From a virus: a DNA stretch of 64,000 nt. Positions 27,495-37,618 of this stretch are shown here, piece by piece. The stretch lies in the IMG/VR virus record IMGVR_UViG_3300027742_000010, positions 3,318-67,317 of that record. One strand, 5' to 3'. How positions within the stretch are numbered: position 1 is the stretch's first letter; each line of letters begins with the position of its first letter. The notes under the pieces were generated by a model that saw only the letters and a list, made by a program, of their open reading frames with translations, searched no databases and had not been told where the DNA came from. Both the position numbers and the translations under genes were made by a program.

Positions 27495-29897
27495 ATGACA
27501 GTAACACAAAAACTTGTTACATCTAACTTCAACGTTCACAACGCGCGCCAATTCGTGGAATCATTCACGGAGCCAGCAGGTCATGATTATTTCATGTTCC
27601 TTGGTAATCATATTCCCTATGCGAATGGTGATTCACAGGTGCCTACGCCTACAGATTCCGTGCGGGATACTCTTGTAAACGTTTACGATAACATGATGTT
27701 TGCTAAAAAGATAGATTCGACAGACAGCGCGTTTATGATTCGCAACAATGAATGGGCTGCTAATACTATTTACACAGAATATTCGGATACAAATTCAAAC
27801 TTAATTAATGACGAATTTTTTACAGTTGTAGATGATATTACCGAACACAATGTTTATAAGTGTTTATTTAACGGCGACAATGCGGTATCAACGATCGCGC
27901 CTTCACGTGTTGGTGGACCGGCAGATTTAAATCCTATCATTACTGGTGATGGTTATGTGTGGAAATATATGTACACTATTCCACAGGCTGATTACAAGAA
28001 ATTCGCTTCAGCTGCCTTTGTTCCAGTTGTTCCTAACACATCAGTTCAAGAGGCGGCGGTTTCTGGAACAATTGAAGTCATCAAAGTAAATTCTAGTGGA
28101 TTAAATTACAACAATTATATTGCTAATGCTGCGTTTGGCGTGAGTGACATTAAAGTGGGTGGTTCAGAAGTTACATACGGCGCGCCGGAATCTGCTGTGA
28201 CCATTGATGATTATTACACTGGCTGCGTTTTGAAGGTTACTTCAGGAAGCGGCATCGATCAATATAGAAAAATTATTAATTACGACGGAACTTCAGCCCA
28301 AAAGACCTTTACTCTTGATGGACCTCTAAATGTTCTGCCGTTAGTTGGTGACACATTTGAAATATACCCATATGTTTATGTTTGGGGAGATGGCAATGAA
28401 ACGCTAGCCGCTGATGGTCGAGCTATCATTGATCCAGTCGCAAACACAATTTTAGAAATTGAAATGTTAAGTGTCGGCGCTGGGTATAGATACGGTGAAA
28501 CCTACGCCGGTGAGACCCCAGACACAACATCACCTTCTGTCGGTTCGACGCATATTCAGCTCCCATCCGTAATTTCTGCAGATCCTAATTTCGAAGAAGC
28601 TCAAATATCTCCAGTAATTTCTCCACCGAATGGTCATGGTTCAGATCCACTTGAAGAATTGTTTGCTCATCGAGTATGTCTATCTACAGAATTTAGTGGC
28701 ACTGAATCTGGTAAAATCTTCATCGAAAACGATTTTCGTCAGATTGGTATCATTAAAGACCCTAAATTCACAAACGTAGATATTCTATTGAAGCCGGCGA
28801 ATACCGTTGGAACATTTACTGTAGGTGAAACGATCTATCAGTTTAAACAGAATAAACTTCTTGGAAACGTTGATGTAAATTCTGGAAATACCGTTATCCA
28901 AAAAACAGATCAAGGTAAAATATCAACAACTATTGATATTCTAAGTGGCGGTGTTGGTTATGATTCTACATCGAATAACGTTTTAGTGTTCGATAATACT
29001 GGAACGGGTGGATCAGGTGCTGCGGCCACTTTTGCAAACAATGGATCTGGAACAATTACAAGTGTAAGCGTAACCTTGCAGGGAGATGGATATGACACAC
29101 CACCGACTGTTACAGTTAATCCTACTGCCGCAGCAGCTGCCGCTGATGGTCAGTTGTTAGTCTCGCTTGCCAATCCAATTGAGCCAACATATGATGATTC
29201 ATTTACACAAGATGATTTTATTTTAATAAATAAAGATAGTGATAACTTTATTTCGACAGTATTAAGTACTCCGACGAACTATCAAATTGTAACAAACGGT
29301 ACTCCGACGATTACTAACACGGGCGCTGAAGTCTCATCTATTGAATTGACGGCGGTTGGTGAAGTCACTTCGGTTTCTACTGGACAAATTACACTGTCAG
29401 ATGTTGCCGGTGAGTTTGTTCCTGAAGGTAAAATTTTCGGTTCGTATTCATTAGCTAGTTCGGTAATTGGTACTTCAAATTCTATTGAAATTAATGATAA
29501 GACTGTTTCAAATTTTGACGTTGCAGTTCAGCTTTCTAGGCTAGTCGGCAATTTCGCGTCGGGAAGTGATCCATTTGAATTAGACGAAGAAGTAAGACAG
29601 GAATCGTTGATTGCATATGCTGAACCAAATGCTTTAATTCATCATGCTGAGATTAACGGAGGCACTGATGACGACGTACTTTATGTATCGAACGAGTTTG
29701 GTGTATTTAATTTAGATCCTAATGGTACTAGAACCATCTTAGGACAATCTTCGGATGCAATATTAGAAAATCTGTCTAATAAATATTCAGGAGACTTTGT
29801 AAAGGATAGTGGTACCATTCTTTATTATGAAAACATTGATGCAATTACTAGAGATAGTAACAAAAAAGAAACGATTAAGATAATCATGGAGTTCTAA
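27495..29897 (+). CDS. 8: baseplate wedge subunit (gp8-like) with large insertion
   Basis: VYKCLFNG, GDGYVWKYMYTI, NDFRQIGIIKDP and C-terminal SGTILYYENI..ITRD....ETIKIIMEF. Confidence 0.88.
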   Translation: MTVTQKLVTSNFNVHNARQFVESFTEPAGHDYFMFLGNHIPYANGDSQVPTPTDSVRDTLVNVYDNMMFAKKIDSTDSAFMIRNNEWAANTIYTEYSDTNSNLINDEFFTVVDDITEHNVYKCLFNGDNAVSTIAPSRVGGPADLNPIITGDGYVWKYMYTIPQADYKKFASAAFVPVVPNTSVQEAAVSGTIEVIKVNSSGLNYNNYIANAAFGVSDIKVGGSEVTYGAPESAVTIDDYYTGCVLKVTSGSGIDQYRKIINYDGTSAQKTFTLDGPLNVLPLVGDTFEIYPYVYVWGDGNETLAADGRAIIDPVANTILEIEMLSVGAGYRYGETYAGETPDTTSPSVGSTHIQLPSVISADPNFEEAQISPVISPPNGHGSDPLEELFAHRVCLSTEFSGTESGKIFIENDFRQIGIIKDPKFTNVDILLKPANTVGTFTVGETIYQFKQNKLLGNVDVNSGNTVIQKTDQGKISTTIDILSGGVGYDSTSNNVLVFDNTGTGGSGAAATFANNGSGTITSVSVTLQGDGYDTPPTVTVNPTAAAAAADGQLLVSLANPIEPTYDDSFTQDDFILINKDSDNFISTVLSTPTNYQIVTNGTPTITNTGAEVSSIELTAVGEVTSVSTGQITLSDVAGEFVPEGKIFGSYSLASSVIGTSNSIEINDKTVSNFDVAVQLSRLVGNFASGSDPFELDEEVRQESLIAYAEPNALIHHAEINGGTDDDVLYVSNEFGVFNLDPNGTRTILGQSSDAILENLSNKYSGDFVKDSGTILYYENIDAITRDSNKKETIKIIMEF

Positions 29898-29907
29898 GGG
29901 AAAATAA

Positions 29908-32900
29908 ATGCCTCTTCAAAATAGTTTAAATACTGCACCGTACAATGACGACTATGATCCAGTAAAGGACTTCTATAGAGTCTTATTTCAACCTGGTGTT
30001 GCTCTACAGGGCCGTGAATTAAATCAAATTCAAAGTATTTTGCAAAATCAGACCGAAGTTCTTTCAAATAACATTTTCAAGCCCGGTACGATTATCGAGG
30101 GCTGCAATATCATATTTCATCCGCGTCTCCCTTATGTTAAAATTCGTGATATTGAGACAGACGGTACTCCTGTAAATGTGCCGCAATACCAAAATCTATA
30201 TGTTAGAAACTCTGCAAATGTTTCAGGTTTTATTGTCGACATAGAGGAAGGTTTCGAATCTCGCTCTCCAGATCTTAATTCACTATTCCTAAGATATAAC
30301 AGTTCAGGTGCAGATCAGAATACGGCAACATTTGCAGCTGGAGAAACTCTAGAAGTTTATACTCCTGAATATCCAGTATTCAAATACAAAGTAACAGATG
30401 GTTCTTCCGGTTTTTCTAATTCGGATTCCGTCGTAGTTGTTTCAGCAATCGCAGTGCAAAATTCAACCGGCGGCACAGAATTTCCAGCAGGCGGTTTTGA
30501 TGTGAATGATGTCATTCAGAATGGCGTCGCAAATGCAGTAATTCTTGAAGCGAACAATACCGCAAATTCTGAAGCACTAGTTCTTAAAATTCGTCCACTT
30601 GCCAGTGACCTCCAAACGGCCAATACTCTCAAATGGAAGTTTACGAGCGGCGAAACTATTCTCAATGCAAATACTGCAAACACTGCTAATGTCATTTCTG
30701 TTATTGGTACAAATGCTCAAGGCTCTCTAATTACTGATTCGCTCGGTAAAATCTTATCTATCACACCGATTAATAGTGGTTCAGGTTACTATTACCCGCC
30801 ACATGTCGGTGTTTCTATTACATCAAACTCTGGAATTGGTACGGCAGAAATTAACCAACTGAACATTACTGGTCAAAACTTCTTAACCAATATTACAGTC
30901 GCTAATGCTGCCCAAACACCTATTGGTGAAGGCTTTGGTATGTCTGTCGATGATGGTTGGATTTATCAGAAAGGCTTTGCCGCAAGAGTAGAATCACAAT
31001 TTCTAGTAGTTAACAAATATTCAAATACAGGCTTTACTAAATCTGTAGGATTTGGTACTGAAGAAGGTTTTGTTGATGCTAATAAAGACCCATCATTACT
31101 TGATAATGCTACAGGTACTCGCAATGAAGCTGCTCCTGGTGCGGATCGTCTGAAACTAACCCCAATCCTTTATTCTTTAGAGAAAGCAGATGCTGATGCA
31201 AACTCAGAGTTCTTTCCTATTGTCGAATTTGCTGATGGTAGACCTTACAGACAGAATAAGCAAACCGTTTATAACATTATTGGTGAAAAGCTTGCAAGAA
31301 GAACATTTGAAGAATCTGGTAATTATGTTCTAGATCAATTTATTCTGGCAACAAAAGATTCATCAATCTTTTCTGAAAATGCTACAGTGTTTAAGATCAA
31401 TATCGACCCAGGTACCGCATATATTCAGGGTTATAGACTCGAAACAAGTACCAATTACACTGCAAATGTTGACAAGGGTACAGACGTCATTAATGCACCG
31501 ACATCAACGATTAAAGTCGGATACGGCAATTACATCCGTGTAAACGATCTTGGCGGTATCTTCCAATTTAATACAGGTGCTCAAATCTCACTAAGAGATA
31601 CAGCAGCAAACTATATTACATCTAATATTGGATCTACAATTTCTGGCGCGGGTAATGAGATTGGTACGGGTCGTATTCGCTCTATCGAATTAGACCAAGG
31701 TCAAATCGGTACAGCTCAAGCAGTTTATCGTCTATACTTGTTTGATATCGTAATGAATACTGGTGCCAACTTTGGTGCAGTACGATCAGTGCTTTATGAC
31801 GGCACAAACAAAGGTGTTGCAGATATCGAGCTAGATATTACTGGTAATGCCATCTTATATGACACACAGCAACTTGGTCTACTTTACAAACCTGTAAATG
31901 CTCTGCAGTATGCAAATAATATTTCATACACATACCGTACAATGGATCAATCTAAGACGGCAAACACTACTGGCTTTATTACCATAACGCCACCTGCTGG
32001 TGATTCTTTCCCATATATAGGTGAATTGAATAGTGTAGAACAAAGAGATGTTCTTGTCATCTCTCTTGCAAATTATCAGGCTTCTGCTAATGCTCTAGGC
32101 ACAGCAGCTATTACTTCAGGTTCAAATATACTTACCGGTTCTGCCGGCAACTTTCTGAATGCGTTCGTACCAGGTGATTTTGTTAAGGTCGCAAACTCTA
32201 CTGTCGATGAGATTGTTCAAGTTCAACAAGTTGGTAACTCAACCTCGATGACACTTCTAAATAATGCGACGACAACATTGTCTGGAAATGCGGTTCTATA
32301 TTTCCCGGACAACGCGCCTATTGCTATTACTAGCAGAGTAGATAGAACCGTCAACGTCGCCGCGAACGGTCAAATGACTATCGCTCTGGCAAACACTATT
32401 GCCAATTCTTCAGGTGGTTCTTCTTCTGCAAACGTTGCAGTGGTCTATAACGTTACAGCAAATAATGTCAATCCTGCTGCCAAGACAACGAACCGCAATA
32501 TTCTAACCAGAGTAAAAGCTGCTAACAATGCTGGAGCGCTTCAAGGCCCATGGGCAATGGGTGTTTCCGACGTGTTCAGATTAAGAGGTGTTTACCTAGC
32601 GAATGGTGCTTCTCAAACCCTTACGTTTGATGCAAATACTGCGATTGACAATGCAACTGATTTTATTACAATTGCAGATAATGTGTTTGCCAATGGTGAC
32701 AGTGTATCATATACAGTTCCAACAAGTAACACTGTAGTTACGGGTCTTGCTAATAATACATCTTACTTTGTCGTGGACGCTAACTCATCTGGATTTGCGC
32801 TTTCCGCTACTCGTGGTGGTGCCAAGATTAATATTACTGCGTCAGCTTTAACTGAAACACATAATGTTACTGGCGAACCATTATATTTTGCAAAAGATAC

Positions 32901-35292
32901 ATTTAATGTCCAAGATATTACTAACGATTTTTATATCGATAACAATCAAAGAGAAGATTATCTAGATACATCATATCTATATCTGAAGCCACGTTCTAGA
33001 AGCATTACTAATGACGACGTATTTCTAATAGAATATGACGCGTTTACTACGGGTGATGGGGTTGTTACAGTAAGCTCATATAGTATTAATGATACTGCAA
33101 ACCTTACCCAACTATCTATCGGAACAGATATTAATACGCTCGAAATTCCTGAAATGATCGGGACAAACGGTAAATATTATGATTTGAGAGACCAAGTTGA
33201 TTTCCGCCCAATATCGGCGAATACGATTCCATTAACGACAGACGTGACTAGTACTGAAATTATCAATCCGTCCGAACCACTTGAAGCAAATAGATTTAGT
33301 GGTGCTGAACAGCGCTTCCCAGTTCCTAATTCACAACTAACTGCGAACATTTCGTATTATGTACCAAGAAATGACCGCGTTGTTCTTGATAAGACAGGTG
33401 AATTTATAATCGTGAAAGGATCACCGGGTGTTACTGACGCGTTCCCAACTGAACCGAAAGATTCTATCACACTACAATATCTAAGTATTCCACCATACCC
33501 ATCACTTCCGTTCTCTCTATCTAAAGAGACTGTAGAAATTCTTGATACTAAAGTGGCAAATGAAAAATACGGTAAAAGACAAGAGAATTTCAAGATAACT
33601 ACACCTATTGATAAAGATGCACGTTCTCGCATTCAGACTAAAAATTACAAAATGAGTGATGTCGCGACTCTTGAAAGAAGACTTAAAGACTTAGAATATT
33701 ATGTGTCATTTACGCTCGCTGAAGCTGTAGCAAGATCAAAATATATTCCAAGTTCAAATGATCCTACAGTCGATAGATTTAAATTCGGTTTCTTTGTTGA
33801 TCCGTATAGTGATTATTCATATTTAGATGTAGAAAATCCAGAGTTTTATGCATCTGTTTTAAATGATCAACTACAACCAAAACTTAGAGAGCTCAATTTC
33901 GATTTCTTCTTTGACACATCTTTAAACGGTGATGTCGCGATTGAGAACGACGGTTTGATCACGTTACCATTCATCGAATATGAGCTAATTAATCAGGCAG
34001 ACGCAACAGATGGAGCTATCGAAGAAATTGTTGATGTTGGTAATAATATTATAGGTAATACCACAAGTAACACCGCAAGCAATACTGTAGTTGAAGCGGC
34101 CAATACTTCCGGGTTTATTATCACTCCAACAATTATTCAAAGCATTTCTACAGTTATTGAACAGCAGAAGAATACAGAAAGAAGAGATTCGCCACCATAT
34201 GTGTTTGATGACTTCTTTTACACGTTTTCAAGTTTAGCTGGACCAGTTGAGCTTTATATGAATCATCGTGATAATAATATGGCTATTGAAATATCACAAA
34301 GCACCTCACGATTTGGTTCATGGAGAACAATAACTACATCGGCTGCATCAGTAAATGTTACTCAAGCAGATTTAAACACTAAAGGCATTTTGAGTCTTAA
34401 TGGTGGTAGAAAGTTTGAAATCGGTGACGGGCAAAGGAAAAGTTATGGTCCAGTAGGTGGATTTAAAGAAGATCAGCAAAAACTTCTTTGGACATATGAT
34501 CCTGCAAATGGTATATACGTTCGTGTACGTATCTATAAGGGCAAAAATCATGGTAGTCAAGGTAGTGCTGGTACTTATGGTTATAAGTTATTTTATCCAA
34601 CTGATACGATCACCAACCAAACAATTGAAATCCAAAACCCAAGTAACTTCAGTTATATTGGTACAGTAAATGAAATCACTCCAAGATCGTTCCAGCTCGC
34701 GATGTCATATTCTAATCTACTTTCAGGTTCATATTATCCAACTGGAAGTTATGTTGCAGACTCGCAGCGTTTTGTTATCTCGGCAACTGGACTAAAACCA
34801 AATACTCGTCACGACTTCATCTTTGCTGGTGAAGACCAAACGGCTAAAATTAAACAACTAAGGACGACGACTACAAACACTACAGGTTTATTGTCTGATG
34901 CTGATGGCACTCTGAAGTTTGAATTCTTTTATGACGCCGGTATTGATGAAGCTACTTCAGATTTAGAACAACAATATAAGCTTCTAGCAGCAGTGGCGGG
35001 TGGAAAAATCTTTAAAATTAGAAGTATAGATAGTACATCTATTGCTGCAGGGGAAATCACACTGAGGTTCTATTCAACAGTTTCACCCGAAATACTTAGT
35101 TCTTATGCGAATCTAAATGTGACTGCGACTGTAAATACTACAATTAATGATTACAATTACTCAAGCAATTTAAGTCAAGTTATCGACAGTACTGCGATTA
35201 ATACTGCCGGTACTGATTACACCACTCGAATATGGTCAAGTAGTGGCACATCGGCGAGTATTTCTGAACTTAATAGCATTCAGTCATTTTAA
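29908..35292 (+). CDS. large virion structural protein (VrlC/DUF4815-like)
   Basis: PYNDDYD..KDFYRVLFQPG.ALQGRELNQIQS, APGADRLK, LARRTFEESGNY and RFKFGFFVD. Confidence 0.8.
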   Translation: MPLQNSLNTAPYNDDYDPVKDFYRVLFQPGVALQGRELNQIQSILQNQTEVLSNNIFKPGTIIEGCNIIFHPRLPYVKIRDIETDGTPVNVPQYQNLYVRNSANVSGFIVDIEEGFESRSPDLNSLFLRYNSSGADQNTATFAAGETLEVYTPEYPVFKYKVTDGSSGFSNSDSVVVVSAIAVQNSTGGTEFPAGGFDVNDVIQNGVANAVILEANNTANSEALVLKIRPLASDLQTANTLKWKFTSGETILNANTANTANVISVIGTNAQGSLITDSLGKILSITPINSGSGYYYPPHVGVSITSNSGIGTAEINQLNITGQNFLTNITVANAAQTPIGEGFGMSVDDGWIYQKGFAARVESQFLVVNKYSNTGFTKSVGFGTEEGFVDANKDPSLLDNATGTRNEAAPGADRLKLTPILYSLEKADADANSEFFPIVEFADGRPYRQNKQTVYNIIGEKLARRTFEESGNYVLDQFILATKDSSIFSENATVFKINIDPGTAYIQGYRLETSTNYTANVDKGTDVINAPTSTIKVGYGNYIRVNDLGGIFQFNTGAQISLRDTAANYITSNIGSTISGAGNEIGTGRIRSIELDQGQIGTAQAVYRLYLFDIVMNTGANFGAVRSVLYDGTNKGVADIELDITGNAILYDTQQLGLLYKPVNALQYANNISYTYRTMDQSKTANTTGFITITPPAGDSFPYIGELNSVEQRDVLVISLANYQASANALGTAAITSGSNILTGSAGNFLNAFVPGDFVKVANSTVDEIVQVQQVGNSTSMTLLNNATTTLSGNAVLYFPDNAPIAITSRVDRTVNVAANGQMTIALANTIANSSGGSSSANVAVVYNVTANNVNPAAKTTNRNILTRVKAANNAGALQGPWAMGVSDVFRLRGVYLANGASQTLTFDANTAIDNATDFITIADNVFANGDSVSYTVPTSNTVVTGLANNTSYFVVDANSSGFALSATRGGAKINITASALTETHNVTGEPLYFAKDTFNVQDITNDFYIDNNQREDYLDTSYLYLKPRSRSITNDDVFLIEYDAFTTGDGVVTVSSYSINDTANLTQLSIGTDINTLEIPEMIGTNGKYYDLRDQVDFRPISANTIPLTTDVTSTEIINPSEPLEANRFSGAEQRFPVPNSQLTANISYYVPRNDRVVLDKTGEFIIVKGSPGVTDAFPTEPKDSITLQYLSIPPYPSLPFSLSKETVEILDTKVANEKYGKRQENFKITTPIDKDARSRIQTKNYKMSDVATLERRLKDLEYYVSFTLAEAVARSKYIPSSNDPTVDRFKFGFFVDPYSDYSYLDVENPEFYASVLNDQLQPKLRELNFDFFFDTSLNGDVAIENDGLITLPFIEYELINQADATDGAIEEIVDVGNNIIGNTTSNTASNTVVEAANTSGFIITPTIIQSISTVIEQQKNTERRDSPPYVFDDFFYTFSSLAGPVELYMNHRDNNMAIEISQSTSRFGSWRTITTSAASVNVTQADLNTKGILSLNGGRKFEIGDGQRKSYGPVGGFKEDQQKLLWTYDPANGIYVRVRIYKGKNHGSQGSAGTYGYKLFYPTDTITNQTIEIQNPSNFSYIGTVNEITPRSFQLAMSYSNLLSGSYYPTGSYVADSQRFVISATGLKPNTRHDFIFAGEDQTAKIKQLRTTTTNTTGLLSDADGTLKFEFFYDAGIDEATSDLEQQYKLLAAVAGGKIFKIRSIDSTSIAAGEITLRFYSTVSPEILSSYANLNVTATVNTTINDYNYSSNLSQVIDSTAINTAGTDYTTRIWSSSGTSASISELNSIQSF

Positions 35293-35315
35293 TAAATAAA
35301 AATAAAGAGGAATGA

Positions 35316-37394
35316 ATGTCATATTTTGATTATTTACAAACATTTTATGTAAATCCTGATGCGGTTGCTGGTGCCGCTGAAGTAAGTCTAGCATCTGTTG
35401 CACTTTACTTTAAAGCAAAACCGTCTCAAATAGCAAATATCAGCGGTCTCCGTAACCCCGGAGTTACAGTTTGGATCTGCGACGTAACAAACAATCAACC
35501 ATCACCCGCAAAGGTAATGAATGATTCGATTGCGGTTGTTCCATATGATAGAATCAATAGTGCTGGTAATGCTTCTGTTGCAACACAGTTCACATTCCCA
35601 CAAACTGTAAATCTAAAGGCAGGCAGATTTTATGGTATCGTTGTTAAATATGACGATCCAGGTTTCCGCATATGGATTAATAAGCAGGGCGATAGACTCA
35701 TAGATGAAACTGGGCCAACGAATGACCCATCTCCAGGTTCACAAGGTAGATTTGATGGTACACTTTACAGATCCACAAACTCATCTGAGTTTCTTCCACT
35801 TACAGACTCTGATCTAAAGTTTAAAGTCAATATTGCACAGTTTGTCTCTACGACCGATTCATTCACGGTGACAAATAAAGCTTATGAATTTTTAACAGTT
35901 GATACTACAGTAGGAACATTCCTTGGCGGTGAAACCGTTTGGCAAGAAGCTGCGGACGAAACTGGAACATTGAGCATATCATCAGCTAGCGCAAATGTCA
36001 CAGGATTAGGAACATCGTTCACATCCTATCTTTCAGGCGATAAGATTGTTCTTCAAGATAACGGTGATACTGATATTGTCGAAATTTTAAATATTGCTAA
36101 TGACACATTTATCGAACTGACAACAAGACCTGCATTCTCAAATACAGCGATCAGTTTTAAAAGGCCTGTATGTGGTAAATCATACTATACTGATTACACT
36201 CAAGGCGAAGTTATTCTCGTTGATTCGAAAGCTGCAAATGGTACATTTAAATTTAATGCTGGTAATATAATTTATGGCGAAAGAACATCTGCGCAAGCAA
36301 CCATCGTTTCGCTAGACCGATACAAAATTGATAGATTTACACCGAAGTTTACAGTAAACAATCCGACTAGATCTGATTTTAACATCTCTTATCAGATGGC
36401 TAATTCTAGTGGGGGACTATCTACGTCTTCTAATCTTGATTTGTTAAAAGAAAATGTTCGCGATCAAGAATCATACATTTATTCGAGATCAGAAGAAATC
36501 ATATCAGGTGGTCTATTCGGCACGAGCAATAGATCAGTTTCTATGAATATCACATTCACGGTTTCATCATCAAACACTAATCTATTCACAGCACCTAAAA
36601 TTAATGCTAATGAATTAGACGTGTTTGTTTATCAGAACCAAATAAACACTAAAAACGATACTCTCGAATTAAGATATGGGGTTACTGATTTTGACACAGA
36701 AGTTGAGAAAAACGGCATCGCACTGAGTAAAGCACTTCAAAAGAAAATTACATTTAATGAAAATCGGGCTGCTGAAGATCTTAGAGTATTCTTAACTGCG
36801 TATCGTCCTGCAAATACAGAAATTGGCGTTTATGCTAAAATTCATAACTCAGCCGATAAAGAAGCATTTGATGATAAACAATGGACTCCTCTAGAATTGA
36901 AGGGTAACATTGACAAATTCTCAAATGAGAATACTTCAGATGTCATCGAATATGAATATGGCTTCCCACAATTCCCAGAAGTCGACTCTAATCTTCTAGG
37001 TGAATTTACTACTGAAAGTGGCAACAATGTTGTCTTAGCATCAAATGATCCATCTGCCGATGTTGTTACTGGAGATACAATTAGAATTTATGATCCACTA
37101 ACTCCAGAAAATCATGAAGTGTTTGTAGTTCAATCATCAAACACAACGTCGATCACCGTTAATAAGGCAATAACCAATATTAATATCATTGGTAATATGT
37201 ACGTCGATACTCACAAATATACAAATGTGGCGTGGAACAACATAGCAAACGATAATGTCGCGCGTTATGTAAGTAGTTCTTCTGTCGAATTCGACACATA
37301 TGACACCGTACAACTAAAGGTTGTATTCTACTCCGATAGTACTTATACTGTTCCGAGATTAGAACAAATTCAAGCAATCGGAGTTTCCGCATAA
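35316..37394 (+). CDS. virion structural protein (DUF4815 C-terminal-like)
   Basis: QTFYV...V.LYFKAKP and DSDLKFKVNIAQF motifs; C-terminal P.L..IQAI. Confidence 0.7.
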   Translation: MSYFDYLQTFYVNPDAVAGAAEVSLASVALYFKAKPSQIANISGLRNPGVTVWICDVTNNQPSPAKVMNDSIAVVPYDRINSAGNASVATQFTFPQTVNLKAGRFYGIVVKYDDPGFRIWINKQGDRLIDETGPTNDPSPGSQGRFDGTLYRSTNSSEFLPLTDSDLKFKVNIAQFVSTTDSFTVTNKAYEFLTVDTTVGTFLGGETVWQEAADETGTLSISSASANVTGLGTSFTSYLSGDKIVLQDNGDTDIVEILNIANDTFIELTTRPAFSNTAISFKRPVCGKSYYTDYTQGEVILVDSKAANGTFKFNAGNIIYGERTSAQATIVSLDRYKIDRFTPKFTVNNPTRSDFNISYQMANSSGGLSTSSNLDLLKENVRDQESYIYSRSEEIISGGLFGTSNRSVSMNITFTVSSSNTNLFTAPKINANELDVFVYQNQINTKNDTLELRYGVTDFDTEVEKNGIALSKALQKKITFNENRAAEDLRVFLTAYRPANTEIGVYAKIHNSADKEAFDDKQWTPLELKGNIDKFSNENTSDVIEYEYGFPQFPEVDSNLLGEFTTESGNNVVLASNDPSADVVTGDTIRIYDPLTPENHEVFVVQSSNTTSITVNKAITNINIIGNMYVDTHKYTNVAWNNIANDNVARYVSSSSVEFDTYDTVQLKVVFYSDSTYTVPRLEQIQAIGVSA

Positions 37395-37618
37395 TGAAAA
37401 CTGAAAATTTGGTTCCTACTAATATCGAAGGTTATGCTAAGAATATGGCAACCGGAGTTTTAATAAATAATAATGATGGTGAGTACCAACGAATTCTGAG
37501 TCTTAGGGAGAAGAAAAGACAGGATAGAGCCATCGTTAGAGACATCGATAGACTAAAAGAAGACATGTTAGATATAAAAAACATGCTTGCTTTACTGATT
37601 AAAGGTAAACATAATTAA
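37394..37618 (+). CDS. small conserved hypothetical protein
   Basis: 74 aa, coupled; TGVLINN...Y...coiled coil. Confidence 0.7.
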   Translation: MKTENLVPTNIEGYAKNMATGVLINNNDGEYQRILSLREKKRQDRAIVRDIDRLKEDMLDIKNMLALLIKGKHN

